Assembly (NCBI GenBank): GCA_001661245.1 | Contig: KV454014.1 | Coordinates: 960,892-1,024,891, forward strand | Source: Pachysolen tannophilus NRRL Y-2460 | Lineage: Eukaryota | DNA: 64,000 bases | Direction: 5' to 3' | In this document: positions 49,166 through 59,446 of the stretch, in pieces | Numbering within the stretch: the stretch's first letter is position 1 | Layout: every line of letters starts with the position of its first letter | Made by a program: the position numbers and the translations under genes | Notes under the pieces: model-generated | What the model saw: the letters and a program-made list of their open reading frames with translations, nothing else | The model's database searches: none | What the model was told of the DNA's origin: nothing

Positions 49166-49901
49166 ATGGTATGTATTATTAGTTTTTCATGTGGGTCGGT
49201 AGGGTGAATTGCAGAAACAATGAAAGAAAGAAGGCTTGAAAGAAAGTGTGGTGAATAGAGACTGGATAGAGAATATGTGAATTGATTGTTTTTTTTTTCT
49301 GTATTATTTCAAAGAAAGCCAAGACAAGGCAAGACAATAATAAGAAAGTCATATATGGGGTGATTTGATTTGATTTGATTTGAATAGTTTTTGTTTTGCA
49401 TTTCTAGTCTGATGGGATTAGGATTATTTGAGTGAGGTTTTCCTTTTAGCTTTTTCTTGAAAATAAAAAGCAAATTTTATTAATGCTTGATATTATTTAT
49501 TCAAATTTAAGAGCGGTTTATGTGAATATGGTTAATTCACTGTATTTTTTCTTTTGTTTTTAGAGTTGATCTTGATAGAAGAGGAAAAATGTGGAAAATT
49601 GTATTTCTTGCTTTTCATGGAGTATTAACTTTTTATTTCTGTTGCTACTATCGACCTTATTAACGTTTATCTGCTTACTAACTTTTCTAATTTATAGTCA
49701 TTTTACACAACAATTTTCAACACACTTTGCAAGAGAAACTCTGTTTACGTTGCTGCTATTTTAGGTACTACTTTTGCATTCCAAGCAGCTTTTGATTCTG
49801 GTGTTACTCTGTGGTACAACGCACATAACAAAGGTAAATTATGGGCAGATGTAAAGCAAACAATTGGAGGTGCTGGAGAAGAAGAAGAAGATGACGAGTA
49901 A
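49166..49901 (+). CDS. QCR9: Cytochrome bc1 subunit 9; exons 49166-49168 and 49698-49901 (68 aa; absent from the ORF track)
   Basis: ATG|GTATGT...TACTAAC (49676)...TAG (49697). Product MSFYTTIFNTLCKRNSVYVAAILGTTFAFQAAFDSGVTxWYNAHNKGKLWADVK...EEEEDDE. Confidence 0.96.
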
Positions 49902-50319
49902 AGATGCTAACAACAAATTGTACACACATAAAAGTAAATAGTTTTTATAAGAAAAATGTTGAAAAAATCAAAGTCTAATTAATTAGATTATTGATTTATA
50001 TAATTATTTAAATTTTTAGACCATATATATTCATTAGACTCCATTGTAGTTACAACTCCATAACCAATACAATCATTGTAGTTATCGTTATCGTCGGTGT
50101 CGTTATCGTTGTCGTTGTTGTTGTCGTCGTTGTCGGTGTCGTTTTAATTCATTTATTTTGTCACCGGCCCGTGTCAATAATATTTTTCAAAACAACACGT
50201 ACAATGAATGAATGAAACCAACTTTGTAAAAATATATTGAATATCTTTGTTAAAAGAGTTATTGGTTTAAACTGAAGGACGTTGTTAAGTTTGAGTATTT
50301 GAATAATATTCAATTCAGA

Positions 50320-51120
50320 ATGACTGGAAGAATTTATGGGTTTTTAATTTTGTTGTTGGCATGTGTTAAAGTTATATCTGCATCTTCATCTCCAATTGTT
50401 GAAGGTTCATTAAGTGTTGGATCAAGAGATTATGATTTAGAATCATCGTCGAAAGAAATAATTTTGAATCCTCAAGAATCAATTACCATTTCATTTGAAT
50501 TATCTTTGGTTCCAGAACAAGTTGTTATTAGCCTGAATTCAAATGGTTTACAATCTATTTTTTATCCTATTAAGAAATCAACAAACAGTTATGAATTATT
50601 ATTACCTTTAAGTAAGATTCCTGCAATTTTTAAAAAAAATGATGATAAAATTGAGTTTGAATTGATCTGTGGAGATTTTAACACTAAATTGAATTCTATT
50701 ACCAAGTTGTTTTCTGTGACACCATCTCCAGAATTACAAAAAATTACTGAATATAAAAAATCGTTAAGATTTGGTAAACTTCCAGAAATTTACCACATTT
50801 TTAAAGATCACCAAATTTTTGTTAATCCAATAATATCACTCTTATTTATCCTGTTGATTATAGTCTTATTTTTAGGATTAGTTGGTCTGTGGACAAAAAT
50901 TGAAAATTTACAATTCACTTCATTGAGTCTTGTTGATTTTGGATTTTTATTAACTTTGGTCTTATTTGAAGTAATATTTGTTAGGTATTTTATCAAAGAT
51001 AGCATTTTCCTTACAATTTCAAGAGTTTTCATTACTCTGCCTTTTGCTATAGTATTTGGAAGCCGAGTCTTGAGAAAAGTAAGATCTAGAAGATTATCAA
51101 AAGATGTTAAAAAGGAATAA
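50320..51120 (+). CDS. SWP1: Oligosaccharyltransferase subunit Swp1 (ribophorin II)
   Basis: Signal peptide, RFGKLPEIYHIF, three C-terminal TM helices, GSRVLR; convergent with IMP1 as in S. cerevisiae. Confidence 0.9.
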   Translation: MTGRIYGFLILLLACVKVISASSSPIVEGSLSVGSRDYDLESSSKEIILNPQESITISFELSLVPEQVVISLNSNGLQSIFYPIKKSTNSYELLLPLSKIPAIFKKNDDKIEFELICGDFNTKLNSITKLFSVTPSPELQKITEYKKSLRFGKLPEIYHIFKDHQIFVNPIISLLFILLIIVLFLGLVGLWTKIENLQFTSLSLVDFGFLLTLVLFEVIFVRYFIKDSIFLTISRVFITLPFAIVFGSRVLRKVRSRRLSKDVKKE

Positions 51121-51259
51121 ATAAATAAAAAATTCAATAAATGAATTAAATTAAAAATTAAAAATTATATACATTACAAGAAAGAAAAAAAAAAATAAGA
51201 ATTAGTTTTAATCTATATATCATAAACTCGTAGCATATTTATATATATATGTATATATA

Positions 51260-51868
51260 TCATTTAGTCTCTTTGACAAACGTATTTTCCATCCATCTAA
51301 ACCCCCACCATGTCCTATAATCTTCATTCAAATCATTAGCTGCAATAATCTTACCCTTTATTAATCCCATCGGCATCACAGAATACGTTCTCGAATCTAA
51401 TGAATGAGAGAGATTATCACCGGTGACCCATACATGGCCTTCGGGCACAACTATATACCGATTGAAAGCATCTTTCACCGTCTCCAGCAGCAGTGTCAGC
51501 AGTGACTGCAGTGTCAGCAGCAGGTTGTTCCTGTTGTCGTGATGTTTATATTTATCTAAGGAACCGCTACTTGGATCAATCAATACTACATCGCCTGCCA
51601 TACCTGTTATTCTCTTACACACCCTTTGATCTGGATCTGTGGGTTTTAAGGCAACTACCATATCTCCAATCTCACATCCTCTACCATATTTATAACTTTT
51701 CAAACAATGAACGTAATCATTCTTGAAATTTAAAGTGGGAAGCATCGATTCACCTCTAGTTTCTTTAAATTCATAAATATTAGAATGGAAAAAATGTATA
51801 AAACACCCAGCTCTTAGTGTCCATGATAGAGTGGACTTTAAAAATATAATATTCTCCAGTATTGCCAT
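51260..51868 (-). CDS. IMP1: Mitochondrial inner membrane peptidase catalytic subunit 1
   Basis: TRGESMLPTL, KPTDP..RVCKRITG, VPEGHVWVTGDNLSHSLDSRTY. Confidence 0.95.
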   Translation of the reverse strand: MAILENIIFLKSTLSWTLRAGCFIHFFHSNIYEFKETRGESMLPTLNFKNDYVHCLKSYKYGRGCEIGDMVVALKPTDPDQRVCKRITGMAGDVVLIDPSSGSLDKYKHHDNRNNLLLTLQSLLTLLLETVKDAFNRYIVVPEGHVWVTGDNLSHSLDSRTYSVMPMGLIKGKIIAANDLNEDYRTWWGFRWMENTFVKETK

Positions 51869-52074
51869 CGCTTCGCCTATGATTATTGGAAATCAATCAA
51901 TTAAATGATCAATAAAGTTGACGGTTTCTTCTTTTTTCGTCTTTTTTTGTATGTGTTTTTTTTTCTCTTTTTTTTTGGCCCTATTTTTTTTCCAAATTAA
52001 TAATTTTAAATATATAACCAAATGAATTATTAATTAATTGATTAATAAAATCAATAAAATTATAGTAGATAATA

Positions 52075-52914
52075 ATGTCAGCTACTTATGAACAGAGGAA
52101 GCTTTTGGAGCAGTTGATGGGGAAAGATGTATTGTATAGTCTACCTAGAAATTACAAGTCCAATTATGAGTTACATAAGGAGCAAAAGAAACTTTTAAAG
52201 AAATCGTATCATATCAATGGTAATCCAACATTACCAAACAAGGAACAAAATGATTTAACAGCGAACCCTGCGATATTGAATGATCGTAGGATTTGTAAGA
52301 GTTTTCTTGTGGGGACATGTCCTTATGATATATTTCTGGGGACTAAGCAAGATTTTGGTAGATGTGAAAAGTTACATTTAGAGAAACATAAGATTATATA
52401 CCAATCATTATTACTGAAAAATTATAAATTTGATGATTTTGAATCGGAACATGCTAGAAATTTGGAAGCTTTTATTAATAATTGTAATAAGAAAATATAT
52501 ACTGCTTTGAGAAGGTTAGAGCATACCAAGGAAGAAAAGGAAAAATTGGCAAGTATTACTAAAGAATTAGATGCAATTGATCTGAAAATTGGGTTGATGC
52601 AGCAGGAATTGGAATTATTAATAGACAATGGATATATATCGAAGAGCATTGAAGTTTCAAGTAGTTTGAATAGTTTAGCGAAACAACGATTAGTTGTTGT
52701 TAAAAATGTGAGGGACATTTCTGAAAATTTAGGTCAGTCATCTCAACAAAAATTACAAGTTTGTGAAGTTTGTGGAGCATATCTATCAAGATTAGACAAC
52801 GATAGAAGATTAGCAGATCATTTTATTGGGAAAGTTCATTTAGGTTACGCTCAAGTAAGGCAGGAATTAGAAGAATTAAGAGTAAGACATGGACAGGAAA
52901 AGGGTATCAAATAG
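52075..52914 (+). CDS. LUC7: U1 snRNP protein Luc7
   Basis: EQRKLLEQLMG, ICKSFLVGTCPYD...GRC..LH, QKLQVCEVCGAYLSRLDNDRRLADHF.GK.H.GY. Confidence 0.96.
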   Translation: MSATYEQRKLLEQLMGKDVLYSLPRNYKSNYELHKEQKKLLKKSYHINGNPTLPNKEQNDLTANPAILNDRRICKSFLVGTCPYDIFLGTKQDFGRCEKLHLEKHKIIYQSLLLKNYKFDDFESEHARNLEAFINNCNKKIYTALRRLEHTKEEKEKLASITKELDAIDLKIGLMQQELELLIDNGYISKSIEVSSSLNSLAKQRLVVVKNVRDISENLGQSSQQKLQVCEVCGAYLSRLDNDRRLADHFIGKVHLGYAQVRQELEELRVRHGQEKGIK

Positions 52915-52931
52915 TTGCTTAAAGGCAATTA

Positions 52932-52962
<31 letters not shown>

Positions 52963-52997
52963 TTATCTATATATTATATAATTCACAATTTAATTTT

Positions 52998-53897
52998 TCA
53001 AGTTGGAACTTCTGTAACAAGACCAGTAGCTTGTTTTTCTTCAAATTGATCTTCGTTTCCTACATCTTTTGCATTTCCGTTCAGATTTGGATTTTCTTCA
53101 GTGAGGTCACTCTCAGTGGGCTCTTGTATTGGCTCAGCAGCTTCATTATTTGCATCAGCATCAGCATCAACATTAGCATTAGCTTCGGTACCAGCTTCTG
53201 CACCAGCTTCTGTATCAGCTTCTGTATCCTCTTCTGCATCAGCTTGTGCATTATCAATGGTGATGCCCTCGGCATCAGTAGTATCCAGTGGTCCCAGTGG
53301 ATTTGTTACTTTCTCTTCAGAGTTCGAACGCCTCAAGAAACTCGACACATTTGGAACCCGTTCAAGAACTCCACTAGCCATTTTATTGAACTGGTTAACT
53401 TGTGAATTTATCATTCCAACAACTACAGAAGTTATACTTTGCTTGTTAGCATCACTAGTAGAGTCACCAGAGTTTTGGGCTCCCAGTGCCTCCAGTGTTC
53501 CCAGTGTCCCCAGGGCCCCATGCGCACCTGTGGCGGTGGAAGCCCACCAACCGCCTCCGCCGCCACCACTGCGGCCCACCATGATTCCCAAAGCTGCTGC
53601 TGTGGCAGCTCCCAATGAATTTTTAGTAGTATGTTGAACTTCAGCTACACCAACAGAAGGAGGAACCAAATCAGCAATATAAGTTAACAGAGGTCTCAAG
53701 ACCCTCATTGAAGTGCTATTATCATAATTAATTGACTCGGACAAATAACTCAACAAATAATAACCTGCTGTTAGAGATATAAATACCATCAACGATAACC
53801 CCAATAATGGAGCAGCGATAATTAAAACAGGGAAAAATACAATTGTAAATACAATTGAAAATAAAATAGAAAATATCGCCATCATATACATTGACAT
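52998..53897 (-). CDS. Membrane-hairpin protein, possible Ldo16/promethin (LDAF1) homologue
   Basis: About 50-aa uninterrupted hydrophobic N-terminus containing PLLGLSL (Ldo16 PLLGISF as recalled); acidic Ala-rich tail; close to SWP1/IMP1. Confidence 0.6.
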   Translation of the reverse strand: MSMYMMAIFSILFSIVFTIVFFPVLIIAAPLLGLSLMVFISLTAGYYLLSYLSESINYDNSTSMRVLRPLLTYIADLVPPSVGVAEVQHTTKNSLGAATAAALGIMVGRSGGGGGGWWASTATGAHGALGTLGTLEALGAQNSGDSTSDANKQSITSVVVGMINSQVNQFNKMASGVLERVPNVSSFLRRSNSEEKVTNPLGPLDTTDAEGITIDNAQADAEEDTEADTEAGAEAGTEANANVDADADANNEAAEPIQEPTESDLTEENPNLNGNAKDVGNEDQFEEKQATGLVTEVPT

Positions 53898-53989
53898 ACT
53901 TTGACAAAAGCAAAAAAAAAGAATTAAAAAAGTATTCAGAAAATACTTAAGCTCACTTTTGAATAAATTTAAAAAAAGAAAAAAAATAA

Positions 53990-54024
53990 TTCACTTGTTC
54001 ACTTGTTCACTTGTTCACTTGTTC
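53990..54024 (+). repeat. 8-bp tandem repeat (TCACTTGT) x4
   Basis: Direct reading; followed by (TTC)n. Confidence 0.85.
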
Positions 54025-54365
54025 TATCCCTTCTTCTTCTTCTTCTTCTTCTTGTCTTCTTTTACGAGTTCTCATCTTTTACTACTGTTTCCCAATGAGG
54101 AAATGATCTCAGATTCCAACCAAATCGTGCAGAAACCTGCAGAATCTCTGTCAACAAGCAGCAGAAGCAGAGAGATATTTGCAAGACCACAAACACAAAC
54201 ACAAACATGAACACAAGATGGATGGAGATGGTATATATAGAGGGTTGTGGGTTATGGGTTATGGCAACGAGGTTGTGGTGTGTATGTGACTAAATATAAT
54301 TAATATTAATTTTAGTTCAAAGCAAAGAGAAAGAGAGAACTACAAAGAAAAAAAAAATAAGAAAA

Positions 54366-55425
54366 ATGAGTGAACAAAGTTTGTCTTTGAAAGATATTGA
54401 TGTCAAAGCTGCCAAGTTATTGGGAGTTGTTGTTACGTTTAATTGTACAGTTGCAGTTTGTTTTGGACTCAATTTTTTGTTCTTCTTGTTGATATAGTAA
54501 GTAGATGGATACTGGATGGATACAGGATGGAATGTGTTTTTTTTTTTTTTTGAATAGAACCAACTAACTAAAGGGATTTTTTAATTTATTTAGTATTGAT
54601 CATTTTGTCTTTGGCGATACTTTGCTGGATAAGATCAAGAGTCCGTTTAGGAGAAGCTTTTCTCATAAAAGAAATGAGTTTGATGATACTGCAGAGATCA
54701 AGATGGAAGATTTTACCACTAGACAAGGTCGCCATAATGGTAATCGTGAGGATTTGACTGACGGGTTATATTATGAAAAGGATAATGATCAAATTAATAA
54801 TACTTTGAAATTTGAAATTGATGCAGAAGTTTCAGCTAATGCAGCTGTTAGAGCCGGAAGTGCAACTGGTAATGCCATGACTTCTATCACTTTGGATGAT
54901 GATGGGTTACAAAGATTATTGGATGAAAAATTCCCAAGACAAAATTATCATGATTATATTATGTCATTTAATTTTACTGGTAATAAGGGTAATCATACTT
55001 GTTTTTGTCCTATTAAGGAATTTAAAGATTTTGACTTGATTAAAGTTTTACCATGTGGGGATTTTTTTCATGCTGATTGTCTTGATAAACAAGTCAAATC
55101 AGGGAATAGAATTTGTCATAATTGTGCACTGGATTTTACCGATTTTTTAATTGCAAGTGAAGCACAAGTTGAAGCACATATTGGAACACAAGGTGAAGCA
55201 CAAGGTGAAGAAGTAGAAATGGCTTCTGCTTCTGCTTCTGTATCTACCTCTGCATCTGCAGAAGATTTGGGGCATACTGAGAGAGAAGCTAAAAATCAAG
55301 CTGATCATGAAACCAAATCTGTTCGTATTAATCTGCCTTCAATCAAAAGTGTAAGGACTAGAACTGTGACGGTTAACAGTCCAGGATCGGATTTCTACAA
55401 TTCATATTTAAATATGGATGATTAA
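54366..55425 (+). CDS. Single-TM protein with a degenerate RING-H2; exons 54366-54496 and 54594-55425 (320 aa)
   Basis: ATG at 54366; intron GTAAGT (54497)...AACTAAC (54562)...TAG (54593); the TA|T junction is in frame. Exon 1 encodes a hydrophobic segment; exon 2 has IKVLPCGDFFHADC...ICHNC. Confidence 0.8.
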
Positions 55426-55466
55426 CAAAAAAAAAAAAGTAAAAAAAAAAAAGCTTTCCAATATCT

Positions 55467-56222
55467 TTATAATTCCGAATAATTTTTATTTTCCTGTTTT
55501 AATAAATTTTTATGATCTGCAGGATTTGCAGCTGATTCGTAGTTAGTTATTATATGTGATTTGGACAAAGGTGACCATTCACCTCTAAATTCTATTGAGT
55601 AAAGTTGTAAATATTCTTCATCATCATTTGACCAATTATTTTGGAAATATATTGTCAAGAAATTCACATTGTTGAAAACATGACGTGGCAAGTGGTGTTC
55701 GACAAATGTTGAATCCTCTCTAATTTCCAATTGTGTTCTACCATTAACCAAATCATTTGACAGTTCATATTCTACATTTTCAAAATACCCAACTAAAGGA
55801 TGTTCACAATGATGATTACTATGTATATCGTTAACATTATTAAAATCAATACTATCATTATTTTTGAAAAATTTGATATTTTTGGGACAATGATCCAGAT
55901 TACCATTTGTTCTCAATATAATTGAATATAATTTAATATTATCTGTAAAAGGAATATTTAAAATTAATTGATTATCCAAATCAGTTTGGAAAACTGGCCT
56001 TATCTGATATTTTGTTTCCGAATTTTTAAATAGCCCAGATAAAGAGTCATTGCGATTCAGGAGATTTAACCCAGATACCCTGCTAAGATCGATTTTTGTA
56101 TATAATGATTGTGATGGCAACGTTGGAATTTGTGGAATATGTGAATGATCATGGTGATTATGACCATGATGGCCATCGCCATTGCCATGGCCATGATAAT
56201 CCTCGTAGTGATTATGCGACAT
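55467..56222 (-). CDS. PITH-domain protein (PITHD1-like)
   Basis: His-rich N-terminus, SLYTKID, D.QLILNIPFT..IKLYSIILR, YESAANPADHK. Confidence 0.9.
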   Translation of the reverse strand: MSHNHYEDYHGHGNGDGHHGHNHHDHSHIPQIPTLPSQSLYTKIDLSRVSGLNLLNRNDSLSGLFKNSETKYQIRPVFQTDLDNQLILNIPFTDNIKLYSIILRTNGNLDHCPKNIKFFKNNDSIDFNNVNDIHSNHHCEHPLVGYFENVEYELSNDLVNGRTQLEIREDSTFVEHHLPRHVFNNVNFLTIYFQNNWSNDDEEYLQLYSIEFRGEWSPLSKSHIITNYESAANPADHKNLLKQENKNYSEL

Positions 56223-56634
56223 ACTAATACAACTTTTTTTTCTAATTACTTTACCAATTAAGACTTAATCTTCATATCCTCACTCTTTGTCGTCTTTGTC
56301 GTCTTCGTCTTCGTTGTTGTCGTTGGTCGTTGTTGTTGTCGCCGTTGTCGTCACCTTTTGTACCTTCTTTTTAACCCCAAAATTCAAAAAGTAGTGTTAT
56401 AAAAACACAAAATCCGTTTTTGGATTTTTTTTTTTTTCTTTTTTTTTTTTTTTTGAAAAATTTTTTTTTTTTTTTTTTTTGTATCTCTCTGTGTATAGTA
56501 GTAATAAGAGAATAAAAGAAGAGTAAAAAGTTAAAGTATATTTAAATTTTATTATTATTTTTTTTTTTCTATTATCTCAAGAACTTCTTTGATTGAGGTA
56601 TAAATTGGATTGAATAATATAAGAAAGGTTGAGA

Positions 56635-58787
56635 ATGGGTACAGGTAAAAAGGAGAAAGAGCGCCGTGTTAGACAAGGAGACCTTCGTGATGGTAACTTG
56701 AGGGTGAAGGGTGAAAATTTTTATAGAGATGCAAAGAAGGTTAATCACCTTAATATGTATAAGCAAGGTAGAGCTATTAGAAATAGTAAAGGAGAAATTG
56801 TTAAGGCTGCTCATTTGCAGGATACTAGTGCGCCGAATGCTCGTGTTGATCCTAATAGGCGGTGGTTTGGTAATACTAGGGTTATTAGTCAAGATGCTTT
56901 AACTCATTTTAGAGAGGCTCTTGGTGATAAGAAACATGATTCATATCAGGTATTATTAAGAAGAAATAAGCTTCCAATGTCGTTGTTGGATGAAAAGGAT
57001 ACAGTTGATGTTCCAACGAATCGGATATTGGAGACTGAGAGTTATACAGATGCATTTGGTCCGAAGCAACAACGTAAGAAACCAAGAGTTGTAAAATCTT
57101 CAACTTTACAAGAATTGGCTTCACTTACAGAACAAGAAACAAAAGATTATCAAGAAAAATTGGAATTGAATACTACTCTTGGATTAATGAATTCTAAAAC
57201 ATCAGAAATGGATGATGGTATGACACTGGAAGCAAAAGAGGCAATTTTCAATAAGGGACAATCAAAGAGAATTTGGAATGAATTATATAAAGTCATTGAT
57301 TCTTCAGATGTTATCATTCATGTATTGGATGCAAGAGATCCAAACGGTACAAGGTGTAGAACAGTTGAAAGTTATATCAAGAAAGAATGTCCTCATAAAC
57401 ATTTGATTTTCGTTTTAAACAAGTGCGATTTAGTTCCTACATGGGTTGCTGTAAGTTGAAATTTTTTACATAAATATTACTAACTTTTCCCTTTTCCTTT
57501 TACTTTTAATTTAAATGGATAGACAATATGTGGATCTTTTTTTTTTTTTTTTTTTTTTGTTATTTCTTTTTTTTAACACCAAAGCACCAAGTCAGGGCAT
57601 TCTTAAAACACATTTTAAATGTGTTGACCATCAATTAAGCTTGTCTGTTACGTCTTTGGAAGAATAATACTGGCCGCTCCTAATTTTCTCGTTTTGAGTT
57701 AATTTTGGATAGAATTATAATGATTTTCTTCTTTATATTTCTTTTAGGCCAGCTGGGAACTTTTTGAGTTAAAGGTTTTCGTTTCAATTAGTATTGAAGT
57801 ACAAAACATTTGTAGTAAAGACCCCAACAATCAAATATTTCTTTATATAGTTTTAACTTGTCCACATTTATCAACTGAAAAAAAAAATAAGGAAAAGGAA
57901 AAGGAAAAAGATATATTTATATATCTATATTTATTGATTTATACTAACTTTTTTTTCTTTTTTCATTCTAGGCTGCTTGGGTTAAACATTTATCAGCTGA
58001 CTATCCAACATTAGCATTCCATGCATCAATTACAAATTCATTTGGTAAAGGTTCTTTAATTCAACTTTTAAGACAATTTTCATCATTGCATAAGGATAGA
58101 AAACAAATTTCTGTTGGGTTTATTGGATACCCAAATACTGGTAAATCTTCAATAATAAACACTTTAAGAAAGAAAAAAGTTTGTACTGTGGCACCTATAC
58201 CTGGTGAAACTAAGATATGGCAGTATATTACATTGATGAAAAGAATATTCTTAATTGACTGTCCTGGAATTGTTCCTCCTTCTTCACACGATACAGAGGC
58301 AGATATCTTATTTAGAGGTGTTGTTAGAATAGAACATGTTTCCAATCCAGAACAATATATTCCAATGCTATTAGAAAAATGTGAAAGAAAACATCTTGAA
58401 AGAACTTATCAGGTAAAAGGGTGGAATGATGCTACAGAATTCATTGAATTAATTGCTAGAAAACAAGGAAGATTACTTAAACATGGTGAACCTGATGAAA
58501 GTGGTGTTTCAAAACAGATTTTGAACGATTTCAACAGAGGTAAAATTCCATGGTTTGTTGCACCTCCTAAAGATGAAACAGACAGATCAAAGTTACAAAC
58601 TGAAGATAAGAAGCTGCAATATAAAAAAAGAAAGAGAGAAGAAGAAGAAGACGATGAGGATGACAACGACGCAGAAAAGCAAGAGCAGACCAAAAAGCAT
58701 AAGAATGATTCAGCAGAAGAAGAAGATAAAGAAGAAGGAGAAGAAAACGATGGTGAGTGGAATGGTATACAAGATGCGCAAAATTGA
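56635..58787 (+). CDS. NOG2: Pre-60S GTPase Nog2; exons 56635-57450 and 57972-58787
   Basis: [42 protein letters not shown]. Intron GTAAGT...TACTAAC (57942)...TAG (57971) joins [13 protein letters not shown]. Confidence 0.97.
57577..57832 (+). ncRNA. SNR191: Intronic H/ACA snoRNA, probable snR191 orthologue
   Basis: Hairpin closed by CCAAAG/CTTTGG, H box AGAATA at 57661, internal helix CTGGCC/GGCCAG, ACA at 57827-57829; the S. cerevisiae NOG2 intron hosts snR191. Ends are approximate. Confidence 0.8.
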
Positions 58788-59265
58788 TAAATGAGTAGTA
58801 GATGTTAAATTTTCTTTTGTTCTAATTTGTTTTTAGTTTTTTTTGTTTCTAGTTTTTTTTTGTTTCTTTGTTTTATTCACTTGGGTTGAAAGGGGTTTAC
58901 TATACATTCAATACACGTTTTCCACAATATCTTCAACCATCAACTAGTAGACTTCTTTATCGATAATCTTGTCGGTACCTTCTAAATTAGACCATTAAAC
59001 GGACCACTAATTGGACCACTAAATGACCCATTCATCTGATAATGGTAGTTCCCAGAAAATCAAATTGCCTTTTTTGGAATCAGTCAATTTTTCGCAATTT
59101 TTTTATTTTTTTTTAACTTTCTTTTTTTTTTATCATCACCAAATTTTATATTTTGTATAATAATAAGAATCAAAACGTAATTAAAATTCAATTCAAGTTA
59201 TTTTTGTATGAATTAATGCTAATAAAAAGTTGATAGATCAGTTTTAGTTTTTCATCAATTGGTTT

Positions 59266-59300
<35 letters not shown>

Positions 59301-59446
59301 TTTTTTTGTTTTTTTCTTTTCTTTTCTTTTTGTTTTAATTTGGTTTTTATTTTTCGTTGGTTGTTATCGTTGTTTTTTCATTTTTTAAATTTGTTGTTTT
59401 CTATTTGTTTTTAAAGGTTGAAATAATAAAGTTGTTTGCTTCAAAA

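Noticed and set aside
53101..53637. 178-aa plus-strand Ser/Ala ORF
   Set aside because: GTG start; mirror of the Ala/Glu/Asp-rich codons of the real minus-strand gene.
58086..58787. Separate 233-aa GTPase gene
   Set aside because: It is part of exon 2 of NOG2.
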